A DNA stretch of 64,000 nucleotides from Eledone cirrhosa (taxonomy: Eukaryota). The stretch's first letter is position 1. Each line of letters starts with the position of its first letter. The notes under the pieces are model-generated. The model was not told where the DNA came from and did no database searches. It saw only the letters and a program-made list of their open reading frames with translations. Below are positions 1 through 64,000 of the stretch, piece by piece. Location: the NCBI GenBank assembly GCA_964016885.1, contig OZ024740.1, positions 102,610,001-102,674,000 of the forward strand. The letters are read 5' to 3'. The position numbers and the translations under genes are program-made.

Positions 1-440
1 CACTGGATCGAGACCTTTGGCACTATGCAGTAGTATGGAAGACCCGCCTTCCCTACGTGCAAAGTTAACCTACAGTCAGTAGGCACCTCTTAACCAAATA
101 TACACCCCTACTCCATCCTCCTGCTCCTACCAACCACCACCCTTTCTCTGTAAAGTATGTTGGAACCACAAAACATCCAGTCCAAACTAAAGAGGTTGTG
201 TAGGTGTCACAATGAAAAGCACCCAGTCCAGGCTGTAAAGTGGTTGTGTAGGAGACACAGTAAAAAGGCTCCAGTCTACACTGTAAATGTAGTTGGTGTT
301 AGGAAGGGCATCCAGCTGTAGAAAACCTACACGAGCGAGACACAGTCACCCGATCAATCTAGCCTCAAGTGGGACAATTCCCATCTAACCCATGCTAGCG
401 TGGAAGATAGACGTTAAACGATGATGATGATGATGATAAT
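1..440 (+). mobile_element. 3' end of an RTE-clade LINE (ORF end, 3' UTR, (GAT)n tail)
   Basis: Similar to the 3' end of the 446-1683 copy (LDRDLW..., ggaagggcatccagctgtagaaa, gttaaacgatgatgat). Confidence 0.8.
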
Positions 441-445
441 GATAT

Positions 446-1683
446 ATCTAAGACTAAAGTTCTAGTTTGTAGGAAAGAAAATAAGGCGGCGGTCCCTTCT
501 GGGAAATGGTCGTGCTCGGTGTGTAGGAAAGGCGTAGGTAGAAACTCCATTTTATGTCCTAAATGCAAAGTATGGGTGCATAAAAGATGTAGTGGGATCA
601 CAGGTAAGCTAACTAAGAACATAGATTTTACATGTGGGCGGTGCTCTGGCACAATAAGTAGCAGCAAGTGCCCACAGAATACTAGCTCTTTCAACTGCGC
701 AGAGGGTTCTATAGAAATAGTGGACAGCTTCCGTTACCTGGGCGATAAAATCAGCAGTGGGGGAGGGTGCTCTGAAAGTACTGTAGCTAGAGTCAGAACT
801 GGTTGGAAAAAGTTCAGAGAGCTTATACCACTATTAGCTGCTAAAGGGTTCTCCCTAAAAATGAAAGGCAGGTTGTACGATGCCTGCATACGAACAGCAA
901 TGTTGCATGGCAGTGAGACCTGGGCATTGTGTGCAGAGGATATACGCAGACTAGAGAGGAACAAAGCTTGCATGCTCCGCTGGATGTGTAACAGTAATAT
1001 ACGTGAACGGCAAAGCATAAACGAACTAAGGAAAAAATTAGAAATAAGAGGGATCAGATGTTGTTTACTCGAGAGAAGGCTACGTTGGTATGGACACGTG
1101 ATGCGTATGAAAGTCGATAGCTGTATAGTGCAGGGCAATAAAGATAGACGGTAGCCACGGAATAGGCAGACCTAGAAAAACCTGGGACGAGCTGATAAAC
1201 TCCGACCTCACACACTTACACCTCACCAAGACAATGTCACTGGACCGAGACCTTTGGCGGTACTCAGTAACAGAGAAGATCCGCCTTACCTAAATACATA
1301 GTAAAACCTACTACAGCCAGTAGGCATCTCTAACAAAATACACCCCGTCCCACCACCACCACCCCCACACCACCCCGTTCTATGTAAAGTTATGTTGGTG
1401 CCGCGCCATCCAGGCCGAAACAAATGAGATCGTGTAGGTGTCACGACAAAAAAACACACAGTCCACGCTGTAATGTGGCCGTGTAGGCAACACGGTAAAA
1501 ACCTCCCAGACCCACACTGTAAATGTGGTTGGTGTTAGGAAGGGCATCCAACTGTAGAAAACCTGCCAGATAGTCCTATGCGAGCAAGACAATCACTCTT
1601 GCCTCAAGTGGGACTACCCCCGTCCAAACCCATGCAAGCGTGGAACACGGACGTTAAACGTTGATGATGATGATGATGATGAT
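446..1683 (+). mobile_element. 5'-truncated RTE-clade LINE, young copy
   Basis: ORF 519-1154 encodes the RT C-terminus (FRYLG, HGSETW, RLRWYGHVMR); 3' UTR and (GAT)n tail; near-identical to 27007-27983 and 45198-46716. Confidence 0.9.
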
Positions 1684-1777
1684 ATATATTAGTAGAAATA
1701 GAAGCTTTCACTGTATTTTGACTAAATAAATCAATATATATACATTTATACACACACACATGTATATATATATGTAT

Positions 1778-2000
1778 AGAACCATGTGCATCACAAGTCC
1801 ATACCATCGCAGTCTTCTCTCCCGCACACTACAACTTATCCCTCTAATACACAGTTTCAATCTCAACTCATCTATGCTTGGTCATTCACGCACACTGACA
1901 TTACACATCCAATATAGCATGCTTTCATTTCTCTTCAGCTGTCGCATATCCTCTGCAGTTGTCTCACTACCATGCAGCATCGCGCATCTCACATAGGCAT
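1778..2000 (-). mobile_element. RTE LINE fragment
   Basis: Minus strand resembles MLHGSET...RLRWYG region. Confidence 0.65.
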
Positions 2001-2021
2001 CATATAACCGGCATATATATA

Positions 2022-2055
<34 letters not shown>

Positions 2056-2056
2056 C

Positions 2057-3640
2057 TAGAGGGTGTCATACCAAATGATTGGCACAGCAGCATCATTGTC
2101 AACTGCTATAAGGGTAAAGGAGATGCACTAGATAGAGGAAACTATAGAGGTATAAAGCTGATGGACCAGGTCATAAAAGTAACAGAAAGAGTTATAGCAC
2201 AGTTGATTAGGGACTGGGTAAATCTAGATGAGATGCAGTTTGGGTTTATGCCAGGAAAAAGCACCACTGATGCTCTCTTTTTTGTGAGGCAGTTACAGGA
2301 AAAGTACCTAGCTCTACCTGGCATTTGTCGATCTGGAAAAAGCCTTCAGCAGAGTTCTCTGTACTATATATAATCTGGTGGGCTCTTAGAAAACTAGGAG
2401 TAGATGAATGGCTTGTGAAGGCTGTCAAGCCATGTATAGGGGAGCAGTCAGCAAAATCTGGATTAACAACTTTAGAGTTAACAATGACTACAATGAGGAA
2501 TTTAGCATACAGGTCGGTGTACACCAGGGCTCTGTTCTTAGCCCTCTCCTGTTTATTATCATATTGCATGCTACAACAGAGGAGTTTAAGACTGGATATA
2601 CATGGGAACTTCTGTATGCAGATGATCTCACACTTATAGTTGAATCTATGGTGGAACTAGAGAAGAAATTCCAAACATGGAAGCAGGGCCTAGAAAGAAG
2701 GGGTCTCAAAGTCACCCCAACAAAGACTGAGATCCTTGTAAGTAGATGAGAAAACAGAATGCAGATCCCCTCAGGGAAATGGCCTTGCTCAGTATGTAGG
2801 AAAGGTGTAGGTAGGAACTCCATCCTCTGCCCCAAATGGGAGGGCTCTGTAGAAACAGTAGACAGCTTCTGCTACCTAGGTGACCGAATTAGCAGTGGAG
2901 GTGGGTGTTCTAAAAGTACAGTAACCAGGGTAAGAACAGGATGGAAGAAGTTCTTGGAGCTACTAGCACTGCTAGCTGCAAAAGGCTTTTCCCTCAAAAT
3001 TAAAGGCAAACTGTATGATATGTGCATATGAACGACAATGTTGCATGGTAGTGAGACCTGAGCGTTGTGTGTAGAAGACTTGCGTAGATTAGAATGAAAT
3101 GAAGCTTGCATGCTCCGATGGATGTGTAATAGTAATATATGCAAACAGCAAAGCATAAACGAATTGAGAGAGAGTCTAAGCATAAGAGGAATTAAATGCT
3201 GTGTGCAGGAGAGGAGATTATGTTGGTATGGATATGTGATGCATATGAAGGATGACAGCTGCATAAAAAGGTGCAAAGCACTAAAAGGTGCTTGGAGTGG
3301 GGAGACCCAAGAAGACCTGGGATGAGGTGATAAAAGCTGACCTTGCCCAATTGCACCTCTCAAAGGTGATGACACAGGACTGAGACCTCTGGCATTACAC
3401 AGTAATACAGAAGACCCGACTTCCAGCAAGTACAAGCCGAAGCTGAACCATATAGACTGTATGTCTCCACCCCTCCCACTGTTAAGTGGTTGTGTAGGTT
3501 CCATGATAAAATACATCCAGTACACTTTGTAAAGTGTTAGTACTGTTGTAAAAAATGCATCTGTAAGGTGGCTGGCATGAGGACAGGCATCCAGTTGTAG
3601 AAACCATTTAAAATAGATGCAAAATGATGCTGATAATGAT
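2057..3640 (+). mobile_element. degenerate RTE LINE (RT domain through 3' tail)
   Basis: YKGKGDALDRGNYRGIKL, QFGFMPGKSTTDA, GVHQGSVLSPLLF, LLYADDL; frameshifts and stops; GAT-like tail. Confidence 0.88.
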
Positions 3641-4089
3641 ATATCAAATATCTAAAGACATACAAATATATACATAGATTAGAAAATATTAGCATATTTT
3701 ACCATATGAGAAAGAGAGGAGATATGGAAGAGTGTGTAAGTAATTTCTGAAATTAATATTTTTGTCAATAACTTAGTTTCTGCAATTCTAATTAAGAAGA
3801 CAGTTAATTAATAGAAGCAATTATGAAAGGAAATAATTATGACAGGTAATTAAGAAGACAGGCAATTATGTTTATTAGTGTGTAACATCTAATATTGCAT
3901 TGCTTAGAGAAAATTAACTATAATATTTATTAATTTGATTTATTAATTTTTTCTTTCCTTATTCCTTAATTTGAAGTAGAATTGTGAAACTGTTTGCATG
4001 ATATTTTCAAGAAATTTATATTGCTGGTGTTGTCTCTCTCCTAACCACTACTAAATGTTTCTGGTAATATGTCATTATCTAATCAACCA

Positions 4090-4878
4090 TGATATATACA
4101 CCGCCCTGCTCAATGTATAGAAAAGGAGTAGGCATAAACTCCATATAGTGTACACAATGTAGATCTTGAGTAAGAAGAAATGTAGTGGGATAATGGCTAT
4201 ACTAACAGGAAAGGAAGATTTGTATGTCAAAGATGCACAGGAGTAATTGAGGGGAAGAGTATCAGTGATATATACCTCTTCAAGTTACAGGAAGGGTCCA
4301 TAGAAGTGGTTGGTAGCTTCTGCTATCTAGGTGACTTAATTAGCAATGGAGGAAGGTACTCTGGGAGCATAATAGCTAGAATAAGGATAGGATGGAAGAA
4401 GTTTATAGAGCTACTCCCACTGTTGACAACAAAAGGTTTCTCCCTACATTCAAAATGATGACTATATGATGCCTGTGTGGAAGTGTGATGTTGCATGGTA
4501 GTGAAACATGGGCAGTGCCTGCAGAAGACATGCGTAAATTAGAGAGAAATGAAGCAGCCATGCTTTGTTGGATGTGCAATGTAAATGTGAAAGAAAGGCA
4601 GAACTTGGATGAACTGAGGGAGAAGCTGGGTTTAAGAGGAATCCAAGGTGGTGTGCAGGAGAGAAGACGGCATTGGTACAAACATGTGATGATGATCGAT
4701 AGGTAAAGAGGTGCCAAGAAATGCCAGTGACAGAAAGCCGCAGTAGAGGTAGACCTCATATCGCTGAGACTCACAGAGGAGATGATGAAGAAATGCAGTG
4801 AAGGGAGAGATGCTGTGCTACGAATACCCGTCCAACCCATGCAAACATGGAAAAACAGACATAAAAATGATGATGATA
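4090..4878 (+). mobile_element. degenerate RTE LINE fragment
   Basis: MLHGSETWAVPAEDMRKLERNE; ends in a (GAT)n tail. Confidence 0.8.
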
Positions 4879-5164
4879 CACACTCACACACATATATATT
4901 TCTTGTCTACTATATAACTAAAGCCAAGCATGAGCCCTTACAAAAGTCACTTGTAGTGTAGGAGACATTACATTACTGCATCTTACAGAAGTTGGTTGAA
5001 TTTTCTTGCGGTATCTATTTATATCTAAGTGAACTAGTTCAGTATTTTAGCCAGAGGCACAGTGCACTATTGGTGACAAGACATGAACCACCAACCTTTT
5101 TCTGTTAATAACATAACATCTTATCAATATAGCTCTCAAATACTGAGGTAAAATACATATCAAA

Positions 5165-5203
5165 AGAAACTGGAAACAACAAAGAACAAGAGAAACTTTT
5201 ATT
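5165..5203 (-). terminator. candidate polyadenylation signal of the gelsolin-like gene
   Basis: AATAAA on the minus strand at 5198-5203 followed by a GT/T-rich tract; about 1.3 kb after the stop. Other AATAAA candidates exist. Confidence 0.35.
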
Positions 5204-5761
5204 CAAACTTTTGTGAAGGATTTATAAAGTAATAATTGGAATAAGATAGATGGAGATGAGAGTGGAGAAATAATGTGTTGGTTAGAAAAAGCAATCACAA
5301 GTTTTCTGGGTGTTTCAACTGGAAATCAAAACTTAAAAACAATCTAGAAAATTTTAATATTTTCTCCAACTAGGCAAAAAGGCCTTATGGTTTTAGGCCA
5401 AGGAAAGAAGTGGGAAACTTTTCTCTAGGATAATAGTAATATAAGTTAAGTAATATGGTTTTTTCTAGGTATTGAAACCATGTCATGGTGTTGACTTGTT
5501 GGGAGCTTACAACTTGCTGTTATGTTTACCACAGAGAATTCATATACATTGGTTTGTCTTTTGCTGACACACCTTTTATTTTAGGGGAAGAAAGAAATGG
5601 ATATTGTGGCATATATACCTTTCCCAGGTGTAGCATAAGTGGAAAACATTCAATGTGACAGAATTGTTGGAGAAAAACCAGTGTTTATGCTTTTCCAAGG
5701 GTATTATTGACATCAACCAGGTTACACAAACACATTCAGTTTGTGGGGAGCTTACAACAAT

Positions 5762-5995
5762 ATACAAATTAATAATAATTGTTTCTACTTTTGGCACAAG
5801 GCCAGCAATTACCCAGTGTATTACTGGTACTTTATTTTATCGACCCCCGTAAGGATGAAAGGCAAAGTTAACCTCGGCGGGATTTGAACTCAGACCGTAA
5901 AGGGACGTAACTACGCTGGAAAGCATGGTGTCCGACTCTCTACTGATACTGCCAATTCACCGTCCACCTATTCTTGGATACAAATTAATAATAAT
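5762..5995 (-). mobile_element. tRNA-derived SINE with target-site duplication, in the probable 3' UTR
   Basis: A box tggcagtatcagtaga, B box gagttcaaatcc, central gcctttcatccttacggggtcgataaaataaagtacc (Deu/Nin-like domain); atacaaattaataataat on both sides. Confidence 0.85.
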
Positions 5996-6529
5996 AGTAT
6001 CCAACAATAGGCCACAGTTTATATTTTGAGGATGGTATAGCCAATTAAATTAATCTAGTATATTGTACTTATTTTATCAACACCAGGAAGATGAAAACAT
6101 AATGACTTGAATTGAGAACAAAAAGGTCCATAGAATAATACTTCATGTCATATGAAAAAGAAAGATAACTTGATGAACCTAATTTATCCTCACTACCACT
6201 ACATGATTGAATGATTAGTATTAGGAAGGACATCCAGTTATAAATGCAATTGCTCCAAACATTCCTTAAGCCTTTATCTTGCTTCTGTAGATGCAACTTG
6301 TCCAAGTAAGTTTAACTGGAAATACACCCTATATCACAATTGAACAGTTAACAGAAGCAAGAAACATTCAACCGATCATTGATTATATGGTTGTTTATAT
6401 AATTTGACCATTCTGAAGATTATGGGATACTATATTGTGTGTTTCAGCAAGAGTAGAATATGTAAAATATTGAGAGGAACATAAAAAGAAGTCTCTATAT
6501 TAATTGGACATCAAATTTTCCATGTTGAT

Positions 6530-56444
<49,915 letters not shown>

Positions 56445-56899
56445 CTGAAGGAAAAAAATTAGAACAAATTTGCGTTAGAAAAATAAAATACTTTTATAAG
56501 AAAATAAACACAATAATATGTTATATAATTTCCTCCACAACTATTTAAAGTGTTTCTATAATTATTTCAAAATTTATTTTAGACAAAGAGGAGTCGTTAA
56601 GAAAGACGGCAAACCAATCACACCATAATCATTTCTGTTCACTATAATAATGTCTTCAGGTTTTAAACAACACATACAATTTTATTCTTTGATCAATCAC
56701 AATTTCAAATCAGCAATAAAGTGTTAGAAACTTGATTCTTTATTATTTTTCTTTTTTTACCTTAATTTATTCATATGTCCTGATATTTAGAGATTAATAT
56801 CTCTTCTTCTGAGGGAAATAAAGGAGCTATTCCAGTGTCCGGTGCTGACCAGCCTGGTATAACAAGCCACATTTGACACTGAAATAGTTCCTTTAATTT

Positions 56900-59800
56900 C
56901 CCCAGGAGAACAACAACAACGACAACAACAACAACCATAAAAATCTTTTGCCACAATAAGCAAAGGAAGTTTTACAAATATTGATATTTTCAATGCGAAA
57001 GAAATGATCAACAAAGGAAAAAATATATTACCTTCGAGGAAAAAAGGGGATTTAAAATCACCTCTCCGCCACAAATCAAAGCCGACACAATGCGAAGGAC
57101 TGATTTTTCGCACGCTTTTGAACACACAAAAAAAACGGCTTTCCTTACTCAAGGCGAAATTGAAATCGTCTTGAAAGAGGCAATGCCACACATACACTTC
57201 ATTCAAAGGGCTAAACTATACGGAAGCATTTCGGTGCTCTTCAAATTTTAGGTCCTTGCAAAAAAATACTCAGCGTCCCCGGTCACCTCTGCCACACACA
57301 CCTTTTTCCCTACATACATGGGAAAAAGAACACAAAAAATAAACATTTCAAACATACCACCCAACATTAACATCTAGTGGATTCTGGCAGAGTTCTTGGA
57401 GAAGGATGAAGACACAATACTGTCGATTCAAAATCCACAAGAAACACCTGGAATGACACAAGCTTGGAAATTTTAGTCCAAATAAAACCGGAGAGAATTT
57501 CCAAGATACCAGAAAGAGTGCCAATAGACAATACAAACTATATACATATTTCGCCAGAAGAAAGAGGGCCACATTTTTTTAAATACTCAAGCACATCGCA
57601 TTTAAAGGCCTCCTGCCCCCTCTTACGAACCCCCCCCCCCCCAAGTACTTTTACCAACACCAACACCAAAACAACAACACACAAAACAAGCAAACACACA
57701 AAAATAAACAACTACTCAACCACAAACAGCAGAAAAAACACAAACAACAGAAAAAACACAAACAATTCCCCTGAAAGACACTGTCCCACCCCATCCCACA
57801 CGCCCCTGATGACGATTCATCGTCAGACGAGGCTACTTCTCTATCCCCAAGTGAAGATGAAGGAGAGCCTCGGAAATCAAAAAAACAAAAAAAGAGACAC
57901 CACAAAGCCACAAAAACACCAATCACCAACACAAGCACCACCACAATCACTCCTCCCCCTACCAGCAAAACAACAATACGCATACATCAACACCAACAAC
58001 AAGAATTTGATGGAGGTCATCTCCAAAAAGCCCAAGGTGGAGACCGAGGGTAAAACTTTTGTTAAAGCAGAATCGTCTCCACACCTCAAACTGATAAGGG
58101 TTTCCATGGAAAACTATAGTGAACTAAAAAACTAATTTTTGCAGGATGTAGTCAACCCCTGTCAAAAACCAATTAACTGCGTCCTGTTAAAATGTTTCCC
58201 CACCCCACCCAACACCCCCACCAGCACCCAAATGGAGATTGAACAACTCGATCTCCAGGAAACGAAAAGGTAAGTGCATCTTTTCGTCCTTTTCGCCAAC
58301 ATGGCTGATTTACGAGTTGGAAGTGTGACTGTGCATGGCCTAGGGATGCCATGGAAACAGGGCGAACTTTTAAACGACCTTAGGTCACACGGTATGGATG
58401 TGATAGCCATCACCAAGTTCAGGATCCACAACAGGCAGCAACTAACCCCCATCTTCAATGACTTTGAGATCGATGCATCTCTCTGTCAGCCAGGAGGTGG
58501 AGGGGGAGTGGATGTCATGTTTCGGAAAAACCTGGACCTTGAAGTACAGCAAGTACACTTGGACCTGGAGGGTAGACTGGTAGTCCTAGACGTGAACAGT
58601 GTTGGAGGTGGAGCCTTCAGACTGGTGGCCGTTTATGCCCCGACTGGGAAATCACGGCCAGACTTCTTTAAGCGTCTAGAGTCTTTTCTGGGAACGTCTC
58701 ACTCCTTGCTTTTAGTGGGGGACTGGAATGGTATCCTAGACACACGATGGGACTATGTAGGATCATGTCCCAGTTGAGGTGGGTGCAACAGCCTCAAACA
58801 TTCAATCGGCCAATTCCAACTAGGCGATAGGTATTGACTAGATTTCCCGACTGCACCACAGTAGACGTGGACAAACTGCAGCGGGACATCTAGATCGTAT
58901 TTAGACAGGTTCTTTATTAGAGAGAGAGAGACAAGATGTTAAGCTGTCCACAAATGCACATGGTTGCCTATTCAGACCACAAACTAGTCATCTGCATAGT
59001 CAACCGTGATAAAATACATAGACAAGGGCCCAGATACTGGAAGCTGAACATGTCACTACCGACACGTAAAGTCTACAGTGAACAGATAAGTAGATTAGTT
59101 AAGCAACAGTTGACGGGAGCCATCGTCAACAATAGATGGTGGTACTCTCTCAAGCGAGCAATTAGAGTAGAGTCGATAGACTTTAGCAGAGAATTAGCCT
59201 TAGAGAAAAACAAAACAGAAACGGAACTAGTAGCTAAGGTAGAGGAGGTGCTTAGGAGTGGCAACGCAGCTAGACTATTAGCAACAAGAATGGCACTGGA
59301 CCAGTTCTTCGATGTGAAACACGAAGGCTGCGTGGTCAGAAGTAAATCACATGCTCTAGGAAACGAGGAAGAAAAAGCTGTTAGCTGGGCCCGAGTGACA
59401 GACGCGAAAAGTGGCAACAAGTCTACGATTCGGTCTTTGAAAGACCAAAACGGACGCATGCTACTTGACTCCAAGCAGATGTGTGCGGCCTTTCAGCAGC
59501 ACTTTGCGCAACTGTTCGAGCAGAGTGGCGGTGCGCCGAGCGGGGCCATGGACTTCGGTTCATACCTCGACGGCCCGCCGTGTCTCTCGAGCATGGACGC
59601 CGAGTTCTGCAAAAGACCGATCACAGTCACTGAGATACGGGACGCTCTGGGCCGCTGCAGGAAATGCAAATCACTCGGTCTAGATGGTCTATCCTATGAG
59701 TTTTACATAGGCATGCCGGACTTGTTCTCTGGCGTCCTCGAAGCTGTCTACTGCAACTGGCAGCAGACAGGAGAATTCCAAGTTCTGCAGGCAAGGGCGT

Positions 59801-61940
59801 AGTAACGCTGATCAGGAAAGACGAGAACAAGGGGGACGAACTAAGCAATTTTATGCCCATAAATCTGCTCAACACAGAGTTAAAGATTTTGGCCAAGGTG
59901 TTGGCAACGAGGTTGGCGCTTGTCGTCGAGAACGTGGTAGGGAAAGCGCAAAAATGTGCAATCTCGACCAGGTCCATACGCGACAACCTCCACCTCATGC
60001 GATACATCATAGAGAGGATGGGGTGTAAACCCGGTTTCGGTGGGGCTCTGATCAATTTAGATCAGACTAAGGCCGTCCATAGGGTCGACCATCGATATTT
60101 GGAAGCGGTTCTCAAGGTGGCCGGTTTCAGACCCGTCTTCAGAGGCTGGATCAAAGCAATGCACACCAACATCTGCTCGACGGTCAAAGTGAACGGCTAC
60201 CTATCGGAGCCGTTTGCAAACACGCGTTCCATCCGACAGGGATGCCCTCTCTCCTCCATTCTGTACGTGCTGACTCCAGAGCCACTACTGTGGAAGTTGG
60301 AATTGCTGCAGGGCATCCCATTGGAACCGGGACTGCGGATAGCGGCGTCGGCTTATGCCGACAACGTGACAGTAATGGTGTCGGAAACATCGGAAATCGG
60401 GGCGATTGGCAACTTACTGCAGGAATACAAAAGGCTCACAGGGGAAAAACTGAACCCGTCTGTCGGTTTGCAACTCAGAACGTGGAGAGGCAAACCGATG
60501 CTGTCCGACAGCGTCGTCAGACGCTGGACGGACAGACCGGTGAAATTGCTCAGGGTCTGGTTCGGTCTGGACCTCCAGGTGGAGAAAAACTGGAACAAGG
60601 TCATGGCCAAGGTATTAGCGCTCATCCAGAAGTGGGCAGAGTGCAAACTATCCTTGAAAGGTCAAGCCGAGGTGGCGAACACTTTCATAGCGTCCGTCAT
60701 CTACTATTACTTGACCGTCGTGCCTTGTTCCCGTGAACACCTCAACAAGGTGGAAGAAGCAGGCTTCACTGGTGAGGAGATCCGTCTGCCGTCAGCACCC
60801 TTCCAATGGAGGGCTGGGAATGCCGTGGCTGATGATGCGCAAACATGCGCTGAGGCTATGGCATCTCCAGGTATTCGTCACTGACCAACCGGTGTGGGCA
60901 CCGTTTGTGAGAGAGGCCTTCTCGCAACTTGTCTCGCTGAAGGAGCTGCAGTCCTGGGTCAAGCGCAGACTGAAAAAGATGGCCGCCTAGCACATTGAAT
61001 GCGCTCAGGCGCTCACAGTCCTCTGTCAAGCGGGCACAGCAATCAGTGGAGACTCCACTTCGACATTCTATAGAGGGTTAGTACATCACAAGGGCGACGA
61101 CATGCTTGGAGAGACTCTGGGCGTCGAAGACGACAAGCTCACCAGTCTGTTTGGTAGGACTTTCTGCCCGGGACCTCCTATGGACAATTCCAGACGTCCC
61201 TGGTCTGGCAGTGCTACCGAGGAGCTCTACCAGTTCAAGATAAGATCTACAGGCACGGACGCCCTGGCAGGGATCCTTCCAAGAGGACATGTCCAAGATG
61301 CGAGCAGGACATTGAAACTGTCTTGCACGCAATTGTACACTGCCCGGGCGTAAACGACCTGTGGAACTATGCAGGACAACTGCTGCCATATATGGAACAA
61401 ATCCAGTTGACTGCCGAGTCCATAGTAAGGATCAAACCGCCACCTTCTTTCAAAAACGAAAGAGAGGCGGTTTTCCTCTGTAGAGTGGCTATGGTAAAAG
61501 AGGTTATATGGTGGACGAGATTGAGAGGACTGAGGACAGATGCCTTTCTCTCCAGACAACAATTGATTCTCTTCTTTAGGTACCACTTTAGAAGGAGAGT
61601 CAGAGTGGAGAGAGAGACACTACACCCCAGTAAATTTACTGAAAGGTGGGTGAAAGTGGCAAAAATGGCCCGAGTGATTGGGCCTTCTCTGTATATAAAC
61701 CTGTAGGTTAAAGAAGAGAGCAAAAGGAAGGAAGGAGCACTTGCACAGCATGCTCCTGGAGTTGAGGGTTGTTCTATCGACGGGTATTAAACAACCCATT
61801 TGTGGTGCCTCCCCCCTATTGGGGATCTCGATTGTTAAATTTGTTTGTTTCAATATTTTTACACGACTATGTAAAATCCACGGCATGTGTCCTTGTTTTG
61901 TCCCCTTTTCTTGTGCGCCCTTCTGACAAATAAAGAAATA
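56900..61940 (+). mobile_element. near full-length decayed Tx1-like LINE (ORF1 remnant, ORF2 58301-61706)
   Basis: MADLRVGSVTVHG, VYAPTG, GDWN, SDH, RQGCPLS, AYADNV, CPRC; AATAAA at about 61928; multiple stops and frameshifts. Confidence 0.87.
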
Positions 61941-64000
61941 TGTCTAATTATCTATATACCTAAATGTTGGTACTAGTTAATACACTACACAAGGTACTTT
62001 AGACCACACATTTTCAATTCAATTTGTTTATTCCGACCACTTTATATAAACAAAACAAAAAATAATGGTAGAAACAACAGCAAAATTTCAGGAATATCTT
62101 TTTTAAGCAAGGAAAAATAGGAAAATATTTTGAAAAAGTATTGCAAGTATGAATGAATTTTGCAAAAAGGTTTTTGTTAAACATAAACAACTTTGACAGA
62201 GCCAATTAGCAATGTATAACAACCCTAGAGGCAAGAGAAAATCAAACAGAACACACCAAGATGAACATTATTATAAAATTGGATTTATGCAAGTATACAC
62301 AGCTGCTCAACCCTTTCAATTGCACCTTATTGTCTTAAAAGACAGCTGGGTGCAATTTGAAGGAGATTTGGCTGTTCTGTCTAGCAGGTCTAGCCACACT
62401 CTAGAAGCTCCCTTATTGATTCAAAATGAATGGTGTATATTCCAGCTCTTTACATTCTGAGTTCAAATCCTGCCGAGGTCCACTTTACCTTTCATTTTTC
62501 AGGATTGATAAAATAAAGAATTGGGGGTTGATATAATCAACATTCCCCTCAACTGGCCTTGTGCCTAAATTAAAAATCATTTATGGTGGTGGTGGTCGTC
62601 GTATATATTGCATGGTATTGATAGTGATGCTGCATTGTTTCTGATGCAGAAAACCTCAAGTCAAAATGTTTCTATTGTGTCCATCTTGTCTTTTATTCAA
62701 ACACATCTACTTCTAATGAGTCCTACTTTTTTAAGAGTGTAGGGTGTGATTTGTGAGAGATTTGGCTGCTTTATCTAACAGGATGAGTAACTGCAAAGTG
62801 GCTCCAATGTAGACCTGTAGTGTATGGTAATTGATCTTTTTAATGGTTTAGCTATAACCCATGACCTTCATAGGGTCTCTGAGACTAATATAATTGATAG
62901 AGCCAATGTTTTGGCTGCTATTTCTGACATGATGAACAACCATGTGTAGGGTCTCGCTTTGAAACGTAGTCATAGGGAGATAGTAACTTTGCTGATTGCT
63001 ATGATTGCTATGAATTATTTAGTTTGATGGTATATTGATTTCTGTTAGGTTTACTACAATTTACGAATAAAACTAATAAACGTTTCTAAAACATCTATTA
63101 ATGTAGGTCACATATCTTTAAAGTAAGCCATTATCATTTAAAGAGAGGAAAATTATCAATGACTCTTGCAATGACTCTCAATTGTTGATCCTATGCTCAA
63201 GTAATACCCATACTGAAAGTATTGTTCATATATCTGGAACAGTGGAACAACTACTACTCACACAAAAATCATAGACCTCATTTTTTTTTACATCCATCAA
63301 TTGCTTGTTGAACATACTATATAACCATTGTCCAGGGTGGGATTAAAGCAACTACAGGGGCTGGGCTAGAAAATATCTAGCTACTCTCCCACAGAATCTA
63401 CTTGCAAGAAATAGAATGAAAATCAAAAGTACATGAATATCAACTGACACAGAACAATCCTGAGACTTCAGCATCCATCCATGTCAACCTCTAAAACAGA
63501 AGTAACACCAAAAGAAAAAGAAATGGTTTTTAAAACAATTATGATATTCTAAATTTTAACAAAAAAATGTATTTCATAGCTATGAGGATGTGTCAACGTG
63601 GAGTATGAGGTTCTGGGCTACAGTCCACATACTTCATATATAAATCCAGTATCATAACTGGCTTATAGACATGCTGTTTCCTATTTCTGACTCTTCTATA
63701 ACTACTTTGACCTCTGCTTCTCTGAGCCAGCTTGCTGAATAATTCCCTCCATTCAGACTTACCTTAACCTACATATCTTTCCTTCTCCCATCATTCCATC
63801 ATCAATACTAATAATAATCATTATTGGTTGCCAGCTCATGGTATCTTATACAGAAATAATCAATATGTATGTGACAGTTGTTATTAATTGATAATCAAAC
63901 AGTATTTATATGCTCCATTATAAAGATTTATGGTGTTTAAATGAAATGTGATATTTTTCCATACCAAAATTATGACTTTTTTCAGATACATTTTTATCTT

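Noticed and set aside
58301-61706. Intact autonomous LINE
   Set aside because: Multiple stops and frameshifts, and the catalytic YADD is changed to YADN
62480-62497. ATG AAA G|GTAAAG on the minus strand as a possible start exon of the gelsolin-like gene
   Set aside because: It lies inside a SINE central domain that is present in many copies; the phase fits but there is no independent support

Overview
This is AT-rich, repeat-dense animal genomic DNA; the repeat families and gene style suggest a mollusc, probably an octopus (inference). One host gene crosses most of the window on the minus strand: a three-domain gelsolin/severin-like actin-binding protein. I reconstructed 12 coding exons by hand (56444 to 6530). 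All have GT-AG boundaries and consistent phases; the start exon was not found. The introns hold a 13.7-kb 25-bp minisatellite, RTE-clade LINE copies with a PHD-type Cys4-His-Cys3 finger inside the RT, three decayed Tx1-like LINEs, many tRNA-derived SINEs, MITE-like hairpins and long (TA)n tracts. The most striking signal is a cluster of seven minimal type-I hammerhead ribozyme motifs from about four families (29.0-38.4 kb). They sit on Penelope-like cassettes, mostly inverted-repeat, embedded in (TA)n microsatellite, and one cassette keeps a GIY-YIG endonuclease remnant. Three motifs with intact cores are in the same sense as the host pre-mRNA. Most ORFs in the supplied track are repeat-derived or spurious.
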